The notes beneath the pieces are model-generated. The model was not told the DNA's origin and searched no databases. It saw only the letters and a list, made by a program, of their open reading frames with translations. A DNA stretch of 64,000 nucleotides, from contig OZ234493.1 in NCBI GenBank assembly GCA_965153455.1, positions 3,906,001-3,970,000 on the forward strand, written 5' to 3'. The stretch is from Sphagnum compactum (Eukaryota). The position numbers and the translations under genes were made by a program. Each line of letters starts with the position of its first letter. The first letter of the stretch is position 1. Of the stretch, positions 13,201 through 24,749 are shown piece after piece.

Positions 13201-14473
13201 CGATGTCGTCGTTCCCAGTTCAATGAGAAGATGCATACTCTATGCACCCTTGTTCCCATTATCAAGAAGGTGTGTGCTTAGATTGACATCTCAAAGTTCA
13301 AGGCCAATATTCTGATTGTGTGCCTCTGAATAGAAACATCCTTGGATTGTATTGCTGACCTGTGGCACTGGGTTCATTTTGCAGAAGGACAGGGTCTCTG
13401 TACTCTCACACACTATAGATTATATACGCCAGCTGACAACGCAAGTAGCGCACCTGGAAAAGGCAGCAGATCATGCTCTTAAACCAAAAAAAGGCGCTGA
13501 CTACCCCCATCCTCCAGCCCGTACCACATTAATCCAGGCTCAAGATGATTCAAGCCTTGATGCCAGCTCAAGCTCAGGCAGTCTCATAAAGGTTGCTGTT
13601 TGTCCAAATGATGATGGCTTAGTCATAAATGTGGAGGCCAGCAACAAGACAGAGACATTGATACGTATATTGTCATCCTCAAGAGAATTAGGGTTGGAGA
13701 TCAGATCTTTCAACAGTATACGCATTGATGACCAAGTTCAGGTGACTGTGAATGTAGTGGTATGTCGCCTCTGTCTTTTGCCCATCTTTTACCAACTCAA
13801 CAGCTATATACTATGAGCTATGACCAAGTCTTCCCATTGCTTCCAGAAAGCTGACAGAAACTCAGGATGCAGATATTTGTACAATTGTTTACCCTAAGTT
13901 CTGAGCAGATTGCTAGATATTGGTTTACACCCCATTGTTGGGAGCTGATGAAGTAAGTGTGGAGTAATGGCAGCTATTCACTGCCCTGCATGATGGAGGT
14001 GATGGTCTGATACTTTTTGAGTGACACACTCTAATGGTTATGACCCCAGTCATTCTTTTTATTTTTTTTCCTCTTTTGGGTTTGGCTGGAACTGACACAA
14101 CTGTAACCTACAACATGTTTTGTGGAGTTTTCTCTCCAATCTCATGGATGTATGAGATTGCCATTCACCAGCTCAATGCATTTCACTTGAAGTGTTTCAG
14201 TTGATTGTTTGCTGAAACTCTGCCACTTCTTAGAGAACCTTGTTGAAACTCAAGTATTGGGTCAGGAGAGTGTCATGATTTGATGAGGGAGACATTTGAC
14301 AGTAGATCTGCTACCTTCCATTCTTGTCTCCCATGAACTGGAAATGACATGAGATTAATGGGTTGGAAACTGGTTTGTCTCAGGCACAAGGTGCGCATGA
14401 AATGAGCAGCATGGATGTGCAGGAGGCGCTTCAGAGATTTCTGGTTGTATCTGATGGCAGCCTTCCCGTGTAG
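10272..14473 (+). CDS. bHLH transcription factor, subgroup IIIf-like (R/TT8/GL3 architecture: MYC_N + bHLH + ACT-like), ~728 aa. Exons 10272-10417, 10604-10726, 10931-11027, 11297-11311, 11654-11722, 11998-13269, 13385-13759, 14384-14473
   Basis: The GT-AG spliced model stays in frame. MYC_N motifs LKTLVQCLNWTYGVIW, LEWVDGWF and EAHIQ|TIVCIP. bHLH HKLAERCRR...LVPIIKKKDRVSVLSHTIDYIRQL with the H-E-R residues intact. ACT-like C-terminus. Confidence 0.88.
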
Positions 14474-15906
14474 CCTCCTAGTTAGGCCACCTTCGGACAT
14501 AGCAGTGTCATGAATATTCTTCTGGAGGGGCAATGTCTCCAGTTTTCTACATGGTTCCCCATGATGATTGTATATTGAATCCTTGCATGTTGCAATAGAA
14601 CCCCTAAACATCAAAAGGAAGAAAAACAGGAAAAAAAAGAGAATAGGGTTGTAATAAGTTACCCAAAATGGCTTGAGCTGGAGTAGATCCTTAATGGATG
14701 CCAGAGTAGGAGCCAGAATTAGTGCATTACTTGCAGCCATGGCTGATGATGACTATGCAATCATCGTCTATTTGATTGATAGCTAAGTAGGTTAGTCCTT
14801 TTTTATGGTATGTTGGGCATGGTCTTGCATATGCTATAGAGGCCCTATTGTAAGGCAGGATACCAAGACTAACAACCAGTAAAGAGGGGAAGTTATATGT
14901 CAAGTTTTCTGTACTAACACTCAGTACGCTTGTCTGGTAATTCATCAGCCTTTTTATGAAAAGTATTCCTTCGCTTCCCATGACAAATTTTCCTCACAAG
15001 CTTTTCCATGAGTACCACCCAAACAGAAGCAATTTAGAAATTATTCAAGGATGAGCATTGTAAAGCAACAAGTAGGTGTGTGTTATGGGTGTGAATGAGT
15101 TTCGATTTGTTTGCATTTGTCAGTTTGCATTTGTTCATGAGCGTTTAGAAGGGTGAGGTTGTCATTCTAAATCCGATAAAATCTCTATGCAATAATTGCA
15201 CTACTCCAGGGCTCTCTCCTTTGATTTTTGGGTTGAATTGTGGTTTTGGATTTTGGGTTTGAACTGTGGTTTTTGATCGTGAGTTTCAATTCTGGTTATT
15301 GATTCTTAGTGGAAGAAGAGTTCGAGGAGACATTGAATTCCCACCTTTCACATGGCTGTTGTTGTCAGGTATGGTTTGCAGGGCATGTAAAATGGTCTTG
15401 GGAAAGATCAGTGCCAAGTTTAGTTTTCAAGGGCATGTAAATCAGTGCACTAATCTTATGACCAAATCCAACAGATTTGCTGGGCAGTTTGCAAACAAAT
15501 CCCTGGCCTCATTACAGGCTTTCAAACAATTCTGGGTACCATGTCAAGTTGCTTTGCTTTCTTCATTGATTGTCAAATTTCAGTATATGGTTTGGTATCA
15601 ACACAAACCCAAGACTAATTTGAAGGTTTGATAGTAATCGTACGTGGCAATCACACCTGTACAGAAGAGAGAGAACAAGAAACAAATCTTCACCTACAAC
15701 AATGCAAGTTTGAGAAATTGACTGATTAAAAATCGGACTGAAACCAGTAGCTAATCTGTAAAATGCAGGCAATGAAATAAATCTTCACCTGTAACACAAG
15801 AAAACGTTTCGTTTATCTATCTATTTGATACCCTCCATTTGTGAACAGTTGAGCTAAATGCAATAGTGGCAAAGGACATGATCTTTGAAAGAAAGATACG
15901 AACAAA

Positions 15907-18900
15907 CTACATTGGCAATAGGTCATCTCCAAGCTCTGGCCATTCATCCTCATCAATCCTTTCCTTTTTTTTTGTTATATGTTGTTCAGACGTCCTATGT
16001 GGTTGGGGGGAATGAGTAGAGATCAACCTTGGGTTCAAGATCCCTGATGTGGACAAAAAGCCCTGAGAGTTTGTTGACTGTTGAGAAAAATCACAAACCT
16101 GAGTATTGCGGTCATTTCCCGCATATGCTTGAGATTCTAGCAACGGCTGGTGTGAAAATCCCTTATTTGGACCCAGTACCATCTGGTTTTGGTAGTGACT
16201 GTCAACCATCTGTCCCCTTTCAACTTTCCGAAGTTGATTTTCATATGCATTGACCTCTTCCTGTCGGCCGAGGCTTGTGTACATATGAATCAGGTAGCGT
16301 AAGCACTCAATATTTTCTGGATGTTGGAGTAGGATTTCTTTATACTTGGCTAATGCTAGAGGGTAGGCACCCGTTCGTCTATAACATGATGCTACCATCA
16401 GTTGCCACTTCACCTGCAAACCCACATGGGTATATAACCATGTTGAGGTCACTATTATAGTGTTGTACAGGAGCAACCAATCATTCTAGTCATCAAATTA
16501 TAAGTAGGAGAAGCAACATGTCACATGGAGAAGCTTGAAGAGAACTGCTAGCAATTCAAGAGTTGCCTGTTAGATAAAGTGAAATGGAGAGGCAGATCAA
16601 ATAAAAAGCAATGTGACCAAAGTATCAATTCTTGCCTCATCAATATTGAAAGTTGAAGTGCTTCATGAACTTCATCGAGTGGAATACAACACATTTATGA
16701 TCAGGGAATAGAAATTATGTTACCTCACTTGGCTCAATCTTGGCAGCCAAATTGAAGAAGGGCATTGCCTTCTCATAGACCTCATTCTTTACATAGAAAG
16801 CTCCCAACCATGATGTGATATCCATGTTGGCTGGATACGCACGATGAGACTCACTGTAATAGTGCAGAGCTTTAGGCTCATCATCACACTTGGCATGGAG
16901 ACTCCCCAGCATTGCCAATATACCAGCATCATGCATAACACGTGTGTTCACAATCTCTAGCCATTTGATGGCTTGCTTGATATTTCCCATTAGCATATTC
17001 AAATGTCCAATCTGGAAAGCAACACAAAAAGGGACCATCTCACAAACTAAGCAAGGGAGATTTACAGATTGTATCTGGAACTTTATTCTATGTTGAAATG
17101 AATATATACATTGATAAGATGATGGAGAGAACAACTAGCAAAAGTAATCATCATGGGTGATTAATTAGTTCAATCATTTCATGCTGTCAGGAGTCCCTGA
17201 AAAAGAGAATAACCTGAAAGGAAACTTCAATGTTGTTAGGTTGCAAACTGCTAATTTTCTTGAAGGTAGCTAATGCCTCTCCAAGTTCACCTTGTCTCTT
17301 ATGAGACAATGCAAGGTTGTAAATGGCTTCAATACAATCTGCTTCCACTTCTGTTGCCTCTCTGTACACTACTTTTGCTCCCTCAACATCTCCCTGTGGA
17401 AAATGGCCATATAGAGAAATGGATTTTTTTCCACATGATACCAAGTCATTAATACCACAGAAATTGTTAAGATTGAAGGCAGTATGATAGTGCCTAGAAG
17501 AATAAAGATAGTGTTTTGACAAATTTAAATAAGCATGACCACAATGTAGAATTGACTGAATGTGTTTTGAGAACTTTATGACTTAGGCTAGTGTTGATAA
17601 TAATCCATGTAGGCTGTATACCTGGGTGTACAGACAGTTCCCTTGGTTCACAAGGGCATGTGCATTGTAGCGATTGGTTCTGACAGCGAGCTCTGCACAT
17701 GTCCCAGCATTGTTGAGGTCTCCTTCCAGAAAGTAGAGGAATGACAAGTTGGTTGCAGCACGTGCCTTCAGATCCTTCTCCTTCTTCTCAAATTCCTTCA
17801 GTAACATGATTGCCTGTGAATGTTCTTTCATTTAGCTCTGATTTCAGGAATGAGGAGGTCCAAGGATCATCAAATGTCAGAAGTCTTATTATCTAGCTCT
17901 AACATTTGTGAAGCATATACTGCACCCAAATGCATGCAAATTCTCCTTTGGCAACCTACTGCTATCAAGGTATAATCTCAAAGGATTTGTTTGTAACAAA
18001 CAAGAACACTATTTTCTGCTGCTGCTCTTGAGTTTCTCCAAGCATTTCTAATCTCCGTGTTCCTTTCCTTGTCTGAATGAAGTACCTGGCCAAAGTCTTG
18101 TTTATGCAAATGTTGGATTGCCCTGTCCATTTCCATCTCATTGGCCAGAGCAACATATTGTTGGTCTTTCAGCAACTCCACAACCCAATCATAGCCTTCC
18201 ATGCAGGAGCCTCCAAGCACAGGAGCTATGAGCCTTGCGGCAGTCAATATATATTTTTGGGCCTGGTTTTGCTTTCTTCTCAACTCTTCCCTTAGCTCAT
18301 CATTCTTCACCCAAAGAAAATCCCAGTGCTGATAAATGATTTGTCTCTCTTATAAGGTCTCACTACAAGACAGCACCTGTAATATCCTGTCATGTTCTAC
18401 TCCAATATATTCAACACTCAAATAAGAACTCAATATAGCAATAAGAGTGCTGCCTTTAGGGGGTGTGATCTCAATTCTGAATTCATGACAATAGCAACGT
18501 GAACAAACCCGAAGCATAGCAGTGTCCTCATTTTCATCATCAGAGTCAGCATCATAGTTCCTCACTAAGATCATCTTTGTGAAACAAGTCTTCATTTTCT
18601 CTGTGTGCCCTAATACATAGTAACAGATAATCAAGTTGTAGCAAGTTTGGTGGTCAATCTTGATCTCCATAATTGCCTCATATGATAAAACAGAGTCCTG
18701 CTCACACTTCACCAGAGAAACTTGTCAAGATCACAATAGCACTTTTGCAGTCAAGTCAAATAGATTAAATCACTTGAATCGCATAGTCAGTCAAATTGAT
18801 GTAGAAAATGGTCTGCAAGGGGTGAACTGCTATGAGTCAAGGTTCTCCACCTGATACTGACCAAGCCGCATGAAGGCATTGCCAATATTACGAAGGATCC

Positions 18901-21529
18901 GGTACCGAGTTTCCTTGTAACTGTTAGGAGTCTGATCTAGAGCCATGTGGTACATCTTGATGGCCATTATATATTTTTGTTGTCCATAGTAGATGTTTCC
19001 CATGTTCACCCTGAGTCTTCCACCTTGGGTAAACTGCAAAACATTGCTGTCCTCATTGATCCCAGGCCTCATTGGACTTTTGTACAAATGTTATGTCAAC
19101 TCAACAAAGTTCAAGAACAGAAACCAAACATTTGAGAGTTCAATGACAACGTTAACCTGCTTGTTTTTCACAATCTGAGAGTATGTACTCAATGCTTCAG
19201 AATGCAAGCCATTGGCCTGAAATTGGTAACCCAGGTTGAAACAAACTGCAAATGTGAGCTCCACATTCATTTGATCGCCCTGTGACCACAATACACGTTT
19301 CTCACCACTTAACCAATATGAAAATTTCTCTAAATCCACAAATTGATTTGTGAGGTCATGTACCATGAATCTGGGAATATTTTCCTCATTCAAGTCAACT
19401 CCAAGATTAAACAGTCAAAAAGACTTTCTGGATTATCTGAACCAGGAAGTAAATGATGATAATATAGTCAGCCACTTTAGACAGTTGGGAGAAAAGCCAT
19501 CTTCGTGTTATTATGGGAACCAGGGTGTTTTCTTTTCAATTTTGTGATGTAGCTGAAGTGGTGATCATCCATAAGATGATTTACCGAGATTTGGCTACAG
19601 ACTAGATATGAAAGTAAAAAAAACCCCGAATCCTTCTACATTCTTGGCTCCAACTGGAACTTATCATAAAAATCTGCCAATCCAGAAACTTTTGTTTTTG
19701 AAATCTGGCGAATTTGGGTCATTTTGCCCATGGAAAATCATTTGTATAGGTTGAAATCATATTTTTCAGGTTGAAATTTGGCAAGATTTCGCCCCAAAAA
19801 AAAATGCTGATGGCAAGCTAAAAAAGATAAAAGTCAAATTAGAATAGGTGTATGATTTACTCCACCCCACAAATTGGAAAGAACAAATACAATACCAGGC
19901 CAGCCTGCTCTCGATGCTTGCACAAGAGCCTTTCTCGTTTCCCTGCTTCCTTGGATTTCTCCAGAGCTATTTGATAGTCCCCCTGCTCACGCACCATCCA
20001 TAATGTGCCAATGAATTGTGATCAACCACAAGTTGGGTAGAGCACAAAACTTGCTGAACTATGTAAAGGCTGAACCTTCTACAATGTGGTTGAATGTACT
20101 GCAGCATTTTTCAATTGTGATAGTCCAATAGCCTCTTTGAGGCAGAAAGGAATTATGAGCAATTCAAAGTGTTGTCAAGAACAGATCAGCCAGAACACAG
20201 TAAGTACATAAACAATTAATAAAACTCACAGCAAGGCCTGCAGCAGCACTTGCTTCAAGCAGTTGGTTCACATGCCTCTCCATTTCACGACATTGGTACT
20301 CAGGGTTAAGTTCCTCTTTCTTTTGCTGGGTGGGTGTCAAAACTCTGGTCGCCTGATTCAAGGGATCAAATCTTCCATCCTGTTTGTCAAACAATATCAA
20401 CAAACAAACAGGAAAATAAGCCAGGTGTGGGATGAGTGCAATTATAACCTTGTGAGTGTCACTCACAAAGAATCATACCATTACCTTCATCATAAATGGC
20501 AGTGAGTTGCTTCCATTACTCCCCACTGACTTCAGACAGCTGATGAAGTGGGTGCAGATGACTGTATAATAATCTGCTCAAAATTTTGGGCCAAATTTAA
20601 TATACAAAATCTGCATGCTGAGTTTCTTTTGCATTTCTGGAAGCAATGGGAAGGCTGACTCATGATGTCAACTACCACTGACAAGAGACATTACTACTAC
20701 ATGTTACAACCAGTATAAACACAGTTTAACAATCTCCAACATTCAAATTCAAGATTGTTTTTTGTCTGGGATGGAAGTAATCACCCTTGATGAGTACCCT
20801 GCAGCTCGGATAGCAGTCAGAGGCCTAGACATGTCAGTGTTTGTTGTTGATGCTATAGAGAGCACCCTTGTCCACCCTGTGCTAGGTGGCCTCCATGATG
20901 GTGCACTGGCAGTCTGTGGTGTTGCAGTTCTGTAGTAAAGGTCTGCTTTGTTACCCTAAACAGGATGACATTTTAGCATGAGTTCTCTATCTCCATATGA
21001 TCGTCTTTGTTTGATTTTGCAGAGAACATATTCAAACAAATGTCACAGAACTTAGCCTTGAAAAATTGAGATAGACCTGATTTCCTGATGACAATGAATC
21101 TTGGCTACAAGCCCCATGACTGTAGTTTGCAAAAGCATCCACTTTGCTTCCAAAACTTTCCCCTGCCTGCATATGCAATGAAGAAAGCATTTAAAAAAAT
21201 TATAATTCAAATACATGATAGGCTAGATACTGAAATTGTGTTTCATAGCTTATAAGTTTATTTTGTGTATGAACCTATTGCTGATTCAGGAATCAAACAC
21301 TCTTGATGTACCTCCCATCCTTAAGGAGCATGCTTGAAAAGAATTATACTTTCTTTGTTACACTTCAACATTAATTGTGGAGAGATAGCTTGAAAACCTG
21401 CGTTTGTGGATCTACCAACACATTGAGTTGGTGCTCATAATCATTGTAGCCTTCGTAGAGGTCATCATAGGTTACAACAGAGGGATCTTGGACACCAGTT
21501 CGTGAATGAGAGGTGCTAGAGCTTGACAT
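15907..21529 (-). CDS. IFT88: Intraflagellar transport protein 88 (TPR, IFT-B), ~844 aa. Exons 21529-21398, 21166-21077, 20955-20785, 20379-20230, 19982-19896, 19279-19157, 19033-18851, 18697-18509, 18328-18086, 17813-17622, 17393-17214, 17011-16724, 16413-15907
   Basis: Conserved IFT88 motifs: DDLYEGYND, RPLTAIRAAGY, FDPLNQ, GRLRVNMGNIY, AATNLSFLYFLEGD, VKWQLMVASCYRRTG and the C-terminal ELGDDLLP. All 12 introns are GT-AG and the frame is maintained. Confidence 0.95.
19521..19809. mobile_element. hAT-type MITE (289 bp) in IFT88 intron 5
   Basis: Ends CAGggtgttttctttt ... aaaaaaaaatgCTG, flanked by an imperfect 8-bp TSD atgggaac/atggcaag. Confidence 0.6.
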
Positions 21530-22664
21530 TGTTGCAGAATCCTCATGAAAATGATGAGATCACAATTATTGCAGACATCAACTTAGACTCCGAATCAGAA
21601 TCTGAAGATCCGCGGGGTGTGTTTTTTGGTCCACAGATTGTTGTTTTCCATTCCTATTTCTTGCAAGAGTGTTGTTGTTATACATAATTCAGAAGCTACA
21701 AAACACTCTGGAGCTCAGCATCATCCTTGCAATGGATTCTAGCATTGCGGCTGCAGGAGATTACTCAGTGCCGATACTCAACTGGTAGACAAATGAATTC
21801 TTGTCAACAGATCTGATCCATGTCCGAATCATTGCAACCTCACCACAGATTGGTTTGAAGTCTGGAACAAACATAAACACTGAGTCTGTGGCAAGGAGCT
21901 TCACATCCCTAATTGGTACCATGTGTTTCAGAGTTCTTTACGCAAGGCATTTGACCTAATCAAGATCCGTGGAAAGCCAATTGTTACTTACTGCTTCCTT
22001 ACTCAAGGTAGAGATTGTCATTGAACAATTTAGTCTACAGTTTTTGTTTTGAGTGAAAGAAAGACATGTAATGCTTTGCAATCCGTTGAAGAAAACAGAC
22101 CAACCTAGAGAGAGGAGATAAAGAGAGACTGACAAACAAAAGCCTATACAAAGACGGCTTTTCAGTACCTCCGCTGAAAGATTCACGCCGACCTTCACAC
22201 ATATTGAGAAACCCCCTGCAAATTTTTGGAGAGACAACACCAATAACAACAATCGTTGTTGGAGAAAGAAAGAAAGAACGAAAGAAGAACAGATACTGGA
22301 CAGGAAGATCCGGCACAGATGAATGCATCCGATGAATCGGCCGGCGTAGAAGACATGCCAACATTACCGCATTCTAAAAAAAACACGGCAGAGGAGAAAC
22401 AAAAGAAAAAGGGGGGGAGGGAAGGGAAAAAGGTAAAAACACACAAACCAAAGCCCCAGCTGGTACCTTCAAGGAGTCAAAATGAGCACCAAAAATTTGC
22501 GGGTCGAAAGTGTTGCAGAATCTTAATGCCGCCTTCTTCTTCGTCGTCGTCCTCGTCTTCCTCTTCTTCTTCTTCTTCATCGGCCTCTTCTGCGAGAGGA
22601 GACGGACACAGACATGCACGGCGTGCACGACCATGGCAGCGCGAAAAAAACAAACGGGCCAACA

Positions 22665-23000
22665 CTCGACGTCAGATTATGATCTGCAGACTACGTCCTC
22701 ATGGATGAAACATCCAAGAAGAAGCCGCTCACGTTTAGTAATTGGTTCTTGCGTTTCTCCAGCCAAGGCAGCACACGTATACTGGACGTCACATTATGAT
22801 CTGCAACTCCATCCTCGTGGATGAAACATCCAAGAAGAAACCTCTCATGCTTAGTAGTTGGAATTTTTTGAAGAGTAGTAGTTGTTTCTTCATCCAAGCA
22901 GCACGCACACTTGACGTCCTATTATGATCTGCAAACTCCCTCCTGATGGATGAAAAGCATCCAAGAAGAACCCTTTCGTGCATAGTAATCGGTTTTTCCT
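22665..23000. repeat. Three-copy ~120-bp tandem repeat upstream of IFT88
   Basis: gacgtc..attatgatctgca...tggatgaaa.catccaagaagaa recurs near 22668, 22786 and 22913. Confidence 0.85.
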
Positions 23001-24149
23001 TAGTTCCGAGTGAATGTAGAGATGTCGTACATCTACCTACTGTGTTCACACTCTGAACACACCAAAACAATCCGTTCCAATCTAAACAGTCTAAACACAC
23101 TTTCACAAAAAACACCGGTTCACCTAATGTGAAACCGGTTATAATAAGGTAAAACTTCCAAAAGTTGGATCCAATGCGAGATAGTCCCTGTTCCGAGTTA
23201 TTTTGTTTTATTTTATTTTTAAAATAAAATTTTTTGTGGGTATTTTTTTAGTTTTAAAATTTCAATACAAAAGTTGTTAAGTTATTATCTAGTTATTAAA
23301 AAATAAAATCAATAACCAGTTCAAAACTCAATAAGTGGTCAAAACATTGGGTATTTTTTGTTCCATTTTTTAAAAAAAACTCTCTCTTGGGTACCTGTGT
23401 TTAAAGTTATTATTAAAAATGAGGAAAATAAATAAATAATAATAACTAACTAATTAACTAACTGTTGGCCTATTCACACACAAAAGGATTACATAAAAAT
23501 TAATATAATGAGATTTAATTTAACCTTTGCATTTAGCATTTTGGACTTGAGGTGGAAATCTTTTTTAGATATATTTTGACTTAATCACTAACCCATTCAA
23601 ATATAAATGTGAAACTTCCCAAATTTTTATACATCTATTTCAAAAACATCATAGTTAGTTATGGGACAAGGTCAAAAGAAGAATATTTTGAAATATTTTG
23701 AAATTAAAAAAAAAATAATAGTCAAAACTAATCTCCTTTTATTCCATCTTAACTTCAAAATAAATCTTTTTTAAAAAATGAGAATATTTATTTATTCTGA
23801 AGAAATTGAAATCTCTCAAAGCATTTTTTTTTTGGTATCCATTCCTTAACTCGAAATGACACATCAACTTGTCAATTTGAATTATATTATTCCTTGAAAT
23901 AGAATTGACAAATAAATAAATAAATAAATAAATATTAAATTTTCCCACCCTTACACTAATAATAATAATAATAATAATAAGAGTGGGAAAAAAATAGGGT
24001 TTAATTTATTTCTCTTAGTTTATTCCCTTTACCACCTCAGTGTGATTTCAACTTTATAAAGATTATCCAACAGATTAGGGTTTTTTGAGCCCTAGAAAAC
24101 CCTAGAGCAACCAAACCCTTCAACTAGTGGGGGTTGATTGATTCTTGGG

Positions 24150-24150
24150 G

Positions 24151-24182
<32 letters not shown>

Positions 24183-24745
24183 AAGATGGGGTTTTGGATC
24201 ATGAAGTGGAGAAATTGATTGTTGAGAAATTGATTGATTATTTTGAGAGAGGAGAAATTGATTGTTGAGAAATTGATTGATTATTTTGAGAGAGAGAGAG
24301 AGAGATGGGGTTGTGGATCATGAGGTTGAAAAAGTGATTCTTGAGAGAGAGAGAGATTTGGTTGTGGGTCATGAGGATGAGAAAGTGATTCTTGGGAGAG
24401 AGATTTGTTTGTGGGTCATGAGGTGGAGAAAGTGATTCTTGAGAGAGAGAGAGAGAGAGATTAGGCTGTGGACCATGAGGTGGAGAAAGTGATTCTTGAG
24501 AGAGAGAGAGAGAGAGAGATTTGGTTGTGGAGAAAGTGATTCTTGAGAGAGAGGTTTGTTTGTGAAGCATGAAGTGGAAGAGTGATTCTGGGGGAAAGAG
24601 ATTTGTTGTGGGTCGTGAGGTGGGGAAAGTGATTCTTGAGAGAGAGAGAGAGAGAGAGAAAGAGATTTGGTTGTGGATCATGTAGTGGGAGAAAGTGGTT
24701 TTTGGGAGAGAGAGATTTGGCTGTGGACAATGAGGTGGAAATTAG
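24150..24745 (+). repeat. Compound tandem array (~9 units of ttggttgtggatcatgaggtggagaaagtgattcttg + (GA)n) directly 5' of the trihelix ATG
   Basis: Units are directly visible and separated by (GA)n runs of varying length. Confidence 0.9.
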
Positions 24746-24749
24746 TTTG

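Noticed and set aside
14273-14740. 155-aa minus-strand ORF
   Set aside because: Antisense to the last bHLH exon and 3' UTR; no recognisable motif.
22256-22824. Low-complexity ORFs (poly-S/E/F)
   Set aside because: Produced by a (CTT/CGT)n microsatellite in the IFT88 5' leader.
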